Shown here piece by piece: positions 59,301 to 64,000 of a stretch of DNA of 64,000 nt. The stretch comes from Bacteroidia bacterium (GTDB lineage: Bacteria; Bacteroidota; Bacteroidia; M30B66): contig OZ257142.1 in NCBI GenBank assembly GCA_965279035.1, forward strand, positions 1,920,001 to 1,984,000, written 5' to 3'. A program made the position numbers and the translations under genes. Within the stretch, counting starts at the first letter, position 1, and the number at the start of each line of letters is the position of its first letter. The notes beneath the pieces were generated by a model, which was not told where the DNA came from, did not search any database, and saw only the letters and a list, made by a program, of their open reading frames with translations.

Positions 59301-61088
59301 TTAATATTCATACTGCAAACGCGATAAATTCGAATATAAACCATTCGGTAATGCGATGAGTTCTTCATGTTTTCCGCTTTCAGAAACAACACCTTTATCG
59401 ATCACCAAAATTCTACTTGCATTTCGAATAGTCGATAAACGATGAGCTACAATAAACGTAGTTCTACCAACCATGAGTTTATCTAAAGCTTCTTGTACTA
59501 AGCGTTCTGACTCAGAATCTAATGAGGAAGTAGCTTCATCTAAAATCAAAATACTCGGATCTTTTAACACAGCTCTTGCAATAGCAATACGTTGACGCTG
59601 TCCACCACTCAATGTAATTCCACGTTCACCAACTATTGTTTCATATTTTTCTGGAAAGCTTTCTATGAAAACTCGAGCATTAGCTTTCTCTGCAGCACTT
59701 ATTACCTCTTCATTGCTCGCATCCGGTTTACCGTATAAAATGTTTTCTTTTATTGTTCCACCAAAGAGGATAACATCTTGTGGCACAATAGCCATATGAT
59801 CACGAAGTTCTGTTAGTGTATAATCGTTAGCATTTTTCCCATCAATCAAAATTGAACCGGAGTTGGGATCATAAAAGCGAAGTAACAATTGTGTAATTGT
59901 TGATTTTCCAGCACCGCTTGGACCAACAATCGCTATGCTTTCGCCGGGTTGTGCATGAAATGAAATACCATTTAATACCGATAATTCTGTTCGTGAAGGA
60001 TAAGAAAATCGAACATCCTTAAATTCAACTTCACCATTTAATCGTGTTGATACCGCTCTCGTTTCACGTAAATCGATGGATTCAGGTTTCTGATCAAGAA
60101 TTTCGAAAATTCGTTCTGTAGCTCCTACTGCTTTTTGAATTTGAGCATATAATTCTGCAATTCCACCGATGGATGCTCCAATAAATGAAGTGTAAATCAC
60201 AAACGATATGACATCTCCAAATTCGATTCCGCCGGCTTGCATTAAGATGGTTGCATACCAGATAATGGCTACGATTGCTCCAAACAAGGCGAAGATGATA
60301 AATGAAGCAAATAATCCACGCGAAAAAGCCGATTTCATTGAAAGTACAGCAATCTCTTTGATGGATTTTTGATAGCGTATTACTTCAATAAATTCATTCG
60401 CAAAGGCTTTCACATTCACAATGCCCTGCATCGTTTCTTGAACAATCGTATTGGATTCAGCAACACGATCTTGAACTTGTCTACTTATTTTTCGAATATA
60501 TCGACCGAAAATAATTCCAACAATAACTATTGCAGGAATCAAAGCCAACATGAATAAGGTTAATTGTGGAGATATATACGTGATGAAAATTAATCCTCCT
60601 ATGATGAGTATTAATTGACGTAAAAATTCAGCTAGCGTGGTGGTAAATGTGTCCTGAATTTGGGTGATGTCGGCCGAAATCCGAGAATTTATTTCACCTA
60701 CACGATTACTTGTAAAGAACGACATCGGCAATTGAATGAGATGACTATACAAATGCTTTCGAAGTCGAACTAGTGTATTTTCGGTTGTTTGGGCAAAAAG
60801 GTAAATTCTGAAAAAAGAAAAGAAGGCTTGAGCAATTAAAATTACAATTAGTAGTATCGCTTGTTTATTAATTGCTAGTGAACCACTTTCTTTGGCAGCG
60901 TTTACAAGGTCTCCAATAAGTATTGGAAATGCCAAAGCTGTAGCAGAAGTAAGCGCTAGAAAAATAAGTCCTGCAATGTATTTTCCTTTATCCGGTTTTA
61001 GATAACTGAATAAGCGGGTTGCTTTATGAAGTGAATTTCGGTTCAACTTTGCCTTAGGAAGGTCTTCGGAAGTATCTCTGCGCGCCAT
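59301..61088 (-). CDS. ABC exporter, fused permease/ATP-binding (MsbA/MdlB-like)
   Basis: TM domain; Walker A 'GPSGAGKS', 'LSGGQRQR', 'ILDEATSSLD', 'AHRLST'. Start likely ATG 61088, after a TAGGTTTG box. Confidence 0.93.
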   Translation of the reverse strand: MARRDTSEDLPKAKLNRNSLHKATRLFSYLKPDKGKYIAGLIFLALTSATALAFPILIGDLVNAAKESGSLAINKQAILLIVILIAQAFFSFFRIYLFAQTTENTLVRLRKHLYSHLIQLPMSFFTSNRVGEINSRISADITQIQDTFTTTLAEFLRQLILIIGGLIFITYISPQLTLFMLALIPAIVIVGIIFGRYIRKISRQVQDRVAESNTIVQETMQGIVNVKAFANEFIEVIRYQKSIKEIAVLSMKSAFSRGLFASFIIFALFGAIVAIIWYATILMQAGGIEFGDVISFVIYTSFIGASIGGIAELYAQIQKAVGATERIFEILDQKPESIDLRETRAVSTRLNGEVEFKDVRFSYPSRTELSVLNGISFHAQPGESIAIVGPSGAGKSTITQLLLRFYDPNSGSILIDGKNANDYTLTELRDHMAIVPQDVILFGGTIKENILYGKPDASNEEVISAAEKANARVFIESFPEKYETIVGERGITLSGGQRQRIAIARAVLKDPSILILDEATSSLDSESERLVQEALDKLMVGRTTFIVAHRLSTIRNASRILVIDKGVVSESGKHEELIALPNGLYSNLSRLQYEY

Positions 61089-61343
61089 AATAATAGATGC
61101 AAACCTAAACAATTCAGCTACTGGAATGAAACCCTGATAGAATTGTGACAGTTTGGTGACAAGAATTATTTTCAAATTTAAGTTGATGTTTTGATAGAAC
61201 ACCTCAGTGTATTTTTTGTTGTCAGGAAACTTGTCGACCTAAGTAAATGTTGACTAAAAATATGACATTTGCCATTGGTGTGAATTCGAATTTCTTCATA
61301 TTTGTATGAATAATTCAGAGTGAAATTCTTGAGAAATCTATCG

Positions 61344-62498
61344 ATGCAACGCGCAATTTTACATATGGATCTCGACAGTTTTTTTGTCAGCGTTGAGCGT
61401 TTGCGCGATTCCTCGTTAATAGGAAAACCATTAATTATTGGAGGATTGAGTGATCGCTCAGTGGTTTCATCTTGCAGTTATGAAGCGAGAGCTTTTGGTG
61501 TTCATTCAGCAATGCCCATGGTTCAAGCAAGAAAGCTTTGTCCACATGCTATAATTCTTGGTGGAGATATGCGGAATTATTCCCATTACTCATCGCTAGT
61601 TACACAAGTAATTGCTACTTCTGCACCTTTATTTGAAAAAGCATCAATAGATGAATTCTATCTTGATTTATCTGGAATGGATCGATTTTTTGGAACCTGG
61701 AAATGGTCGCTTGAATTGAAACAAACCATACTCAAAGAAACCGGATTGCCAATATCCTTTGCCTTGTCTTCCAATAAAACCGTTTCTAAAATTGGTACTG
61801 GACAATCGAAACCCAATGGAGCTCTTCACATTGAATTTGGAAAGGAAAAAGAATTTCTAGCCCCACTATCATTAAAGAAGATTCCCATGATTGGAGAAAA
61901 AACATTTCAGCAATTAAAACAAAAGGGATTTGAGTTTATAGCAAGTGTTCAATCAACAAGTGAGACCGATATGGAACGCTTATTTGGTAATCATGGTATA
62001 TACATTTGGAGGAAGGCAAATGGAATATGCACAAGCCCTGTACAATCATTTCATGAACAGAAATCAATTTCGAGTGAACATACATTTGAAGCGGATATCA
62101 CAGACATCCGCTATATAAAAGACTTGCTTACTGCGATGTCGGAAAAATTGGGTTTTAGTATTCGAAAAAAGAAGAAGTTAAGTGGATGTATAACGGTAAA
62201 GATTCGTTATTCAGATTTTGAAACTCAATCTCATCAAATGACTATTCCTTATACTGCTAATGATAATTCAATTCTCAAAGCAGCTCATTTATTATTCGAT
62301 AAATTGTATAAACCGGGAATGAAAGTTAGGTTAATTGGATTACGATTAAGTGATTTAGTTTCGGGCTCCTATCAATTGAATTTATTTGAGGATAAACCTG
62401 AAATTCATGATTTGTATGAAGCCTTAGACACAATTCGAAATAAGTACGGATTACGCCTCATTCAAAAAGCCAATTCAATTGGAAAAGGAAGACGTTAA
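61344..62498 (+). CDS. dinB: DNA polymerase IV (Y family)
   Basis: 'ILHMDLDSFFVSVE', 'SYEARAFGVHSAMP', 'SIDEFYLD', 'KPNG', 'KIRYSDF'. Start at ATG 61344. Confidence 0.94.
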   Translation: MQRAILHMDLDSFFVSVERLRDSSLIGKPLIIGGLSDRSVVSSCSYEARAFGVHSAMPMVQARKLCPHAIILGGDMRNYSHYSSLVTQVIATSAPLFEKASIDEFYLDLSGMDRFFGTWKWSLELKQTILKETGLPISFALSSNKTVSKIGTGQSKPNGALHIEFGKEKEFLAPLSLKKIPMIGEKTFQQLKQKGFEFIASVQSTSETDMERLFGNHGIYIWRKANGICTSPVQSFHEQKSISSEHTFEADITDIRYIKDLLTAMSEKLGFSIRKKKKLSGCITVKIRYSDFETQSHQMTIPYTANDNSILKAAHLLFDKLYKPGMKVRLIGLRLSDLVSGSYQLNLFEDKPEIHDLYEALDTIRNKYGLRLIQKANSIGKGRR

Positions 62499-62530
62499 TT
62501 TATTAGTTGGATGTAATTTAATTTCTTCAA

Positions 62531-62944
62531 CTATTTATTATTTTCTACGCTAAGCTTAAAGTTATCAAGGATTGCTTGCCATCCAGTACGCTGTAATTCT
62601 TCGGAGTTAAGCGTTTCTGGATCAAATGTTTCGGTAACGATAGTTTGACCTTCTTCTTCATTAAAATCTACACGTACTTTTCTACCATCTCCAAGTTCAT
62701 AAGCGATATGACTATGTTCGATAATGGAAGTATAAATCCCTCCAAAATCAAAACTGAAAGAACCATCTTTTGCTGCCATAGTATAACTAAAATTTTCACC
62801 AACATTTAGATTATTTATTGCAGCTGGACAATGCCAATCGGGCGAAGCAAAATTCCAAGTCATTATCTTATCTGGATTAGTCCAATAGTGCCAAACTTGA
62901 TGAACTGAAGAAAGTATACTTGTTTTTACTGTAATAGCCGACAT
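62531..62944 (-). CDS. SRPBCC/AHSA1 domain protein
   Basis: 'VWHYWTNP..I..WNFASPDWHCP', 'MAAKDGSFSFDF', 'GWQAILDNFK'; -7 box TATATTTG at 62971-62978. Confidence 0.88.
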   Translation of the reverse strand: MSAITVKTSILSSVHQVWHYWTNPDKIMTWNFASPDWHCPAAINNLNVGENFSYTMAAKDGSFSFDFGGIYTSIIEHSHIAYELGDGRKVRVDFNEEEGQTIVTETFDPETLNSEELQRTGWQAILDNFKLSVENNK

Positions 62945-63157
62945 ATATTAGGTTTTTTGAAAACAGGATGCAAATATATTTGAATTTAGTTTTTACAAAA
63001 TATTCTTGTAGAACATTTTGTAAAGTAATTCATATAGATACTATTTCTATGTAGGTGATTATAGAAAATTCAATGATTTATATAAGATTAAATATCAGAA
63101 TTATTCTTCTGTTTTTATATAAAAACAAATTCAATTTGGAAATTATTCTTATTAAAT

Positions 63158-64000
63158 TCAAATGTTAGGTACTTCAATTCCACGTAGATTTCTATATAAT
63201 TTTAGCGCATAAATATCGGTCATTCCTGAAGCATAATCGATCATGCACATGGCTTTTTTATAAGGGGAATCTGTTTCGTTAAATTGAAATTGCGATGGTA
63301 GTAATCCTAATAGATTTTTTTGCATGCTATTGCGTTTTGAAGCTTCTGTAAGAGCAGCACCAACGAAATCTTCCAATAAACCACCCATTATTCTAAATCC
63401 AGCCAATTCAATTTTTACTACAGGTGGGTAATTATAAATATGTTTAATTGATCGTGCATTCAAGTCCTTTAATACACTTTTTGTTTCAGGATGAAATGAA
63501 ATTAAATCTCCTTCAAATTCACCTTTCATTATTGCATCTGCATTTTGCTGAAAACATTCGGCGCAAAGCATGGTTAAATAACTAATCGATTTAGCTCTCA
63601 AATAAGCAATCTTTTCATTTACATCATCCACTGAATTTAAGGTGTCATCGATTTTTGAAAGATCTTCTCCTTCTTTCAACATAACAATACGTTTAAATAG
63701 TTCAATCACTTCCTCTGTTTTGAAAATTCCCAGTCGGTGTGCATCTTCAAAATCAATAATTGAATAACAAATATCATCAGCAGCTTCCACCAAATAAACA
63801 AAAGGATGTCGCTTATATATTATTTCTGATTGACTTGATTCAGAGATCATATGAAGTTTTTTTGCTACTTCCAGAAAAGCTTCTTTATCGGTTTGAAAAA
63901 ATCCATATTTCGAGCGATGTTTAGGTCCTTTTTTACCTAATGTAGCTGAGGCTTCGCAAGGATATTTTAAAATTGATCCTAAGGTTGAATAGGTTAATCG
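63158..64000 (-). CDS. dgt: dGTP triphosphohydrolase, 3' part (gene starts beyond the window)
   Basis: Frame is open to the window edge: 'RLTYSTLGSILKYP', 'KYGFFQ', 'RHPFVYLVEAADDICYSIIDFEDA', 'DYASGMTDIYA'. Confidence 0.92.
   Translation of the reverse strand, partial: RLTYSTLGSILKYPCEASATLGKKGPKHRSKYGFFQTDKEAFLEVAKKLHMISESSQSEIIYKRHPFVYLVEAADDICYSIIDFEDAHRLGIFKTEEVIELFKRIVMLKEGEDLSKIDDTLNSVDDVNEKIAYLRAKSISYLTMLCAECFQQNADAIMKGEFEGDLISFHPETKSVLKDLNARSIKHIYNYPPVVKIELAGFRIMGGLLEDFVGAALTEASKRNSMQKNLLGLLPSQFQFNETDSPYKKAMCMIDYASGMTDIYALKLYRNLRGIEVPNI

Noticed and set aside
226-60557. Numerous 60-150-aa ORFs overlapping or antisense to the main genes (e.g. 226-507, 6738-6959, 26318-26767, 40068-40337)
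   Set aside because: Shadow ORFs of well-supported genes or promoter regions, with no recognisable motifs.
61239-61268. CTAA-containing SOS-like boxes upstream of dinB
   Set aside because: Only half-sites; no matching TTAG arm.

Overview
Chromosomal segment of an AT-rich Bacteroidota bacterium, judged from TAnnTTTG -7 promoter boxes, several T9SS C-terminal sorting domains, and A-rich start contexts. About 50 genes. Housekeeping genes: dnaX, dnaB, alaS, gatB, truA, lpxH, hrpB, dinB, methylmalonyl-CoA mutase subunits, ftsB and a partial dgt. These are mixed with secreted or surface proteins. No rRNA, tRNA, CRISPR array, integrase or transposase was seen. Best candidate for an undescribed system: 43.6-49.1 kb, where three structurally different amide-bond ligases (RimK-type ATP-grasp, YbdK/GCS2 carboxylate-amine ligase, circularly permuted ATP-grasp) sit with a class I glutamine amidotransferase-like enzyme and a divergently transcribed serine hydrolase. 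This suggests ribosome-independent synthesis and turnover of an unknown peptide or gamma-glutamyl conjugate. Other notable signals: an A10 slippery run in dnaX with immediate stops in both shifted frames; a Flavo-1-like structured RNA with its own promoter; a 26-codon ORF with an ECF-like promoter and terminator; an M1 aminopeptidase with an Omp85-like C-terminus; and tandem T9SS paralogs, one carrying seven near-identical 228-bp repeats. All family assignments come from motif recognition by eye, not database searches.
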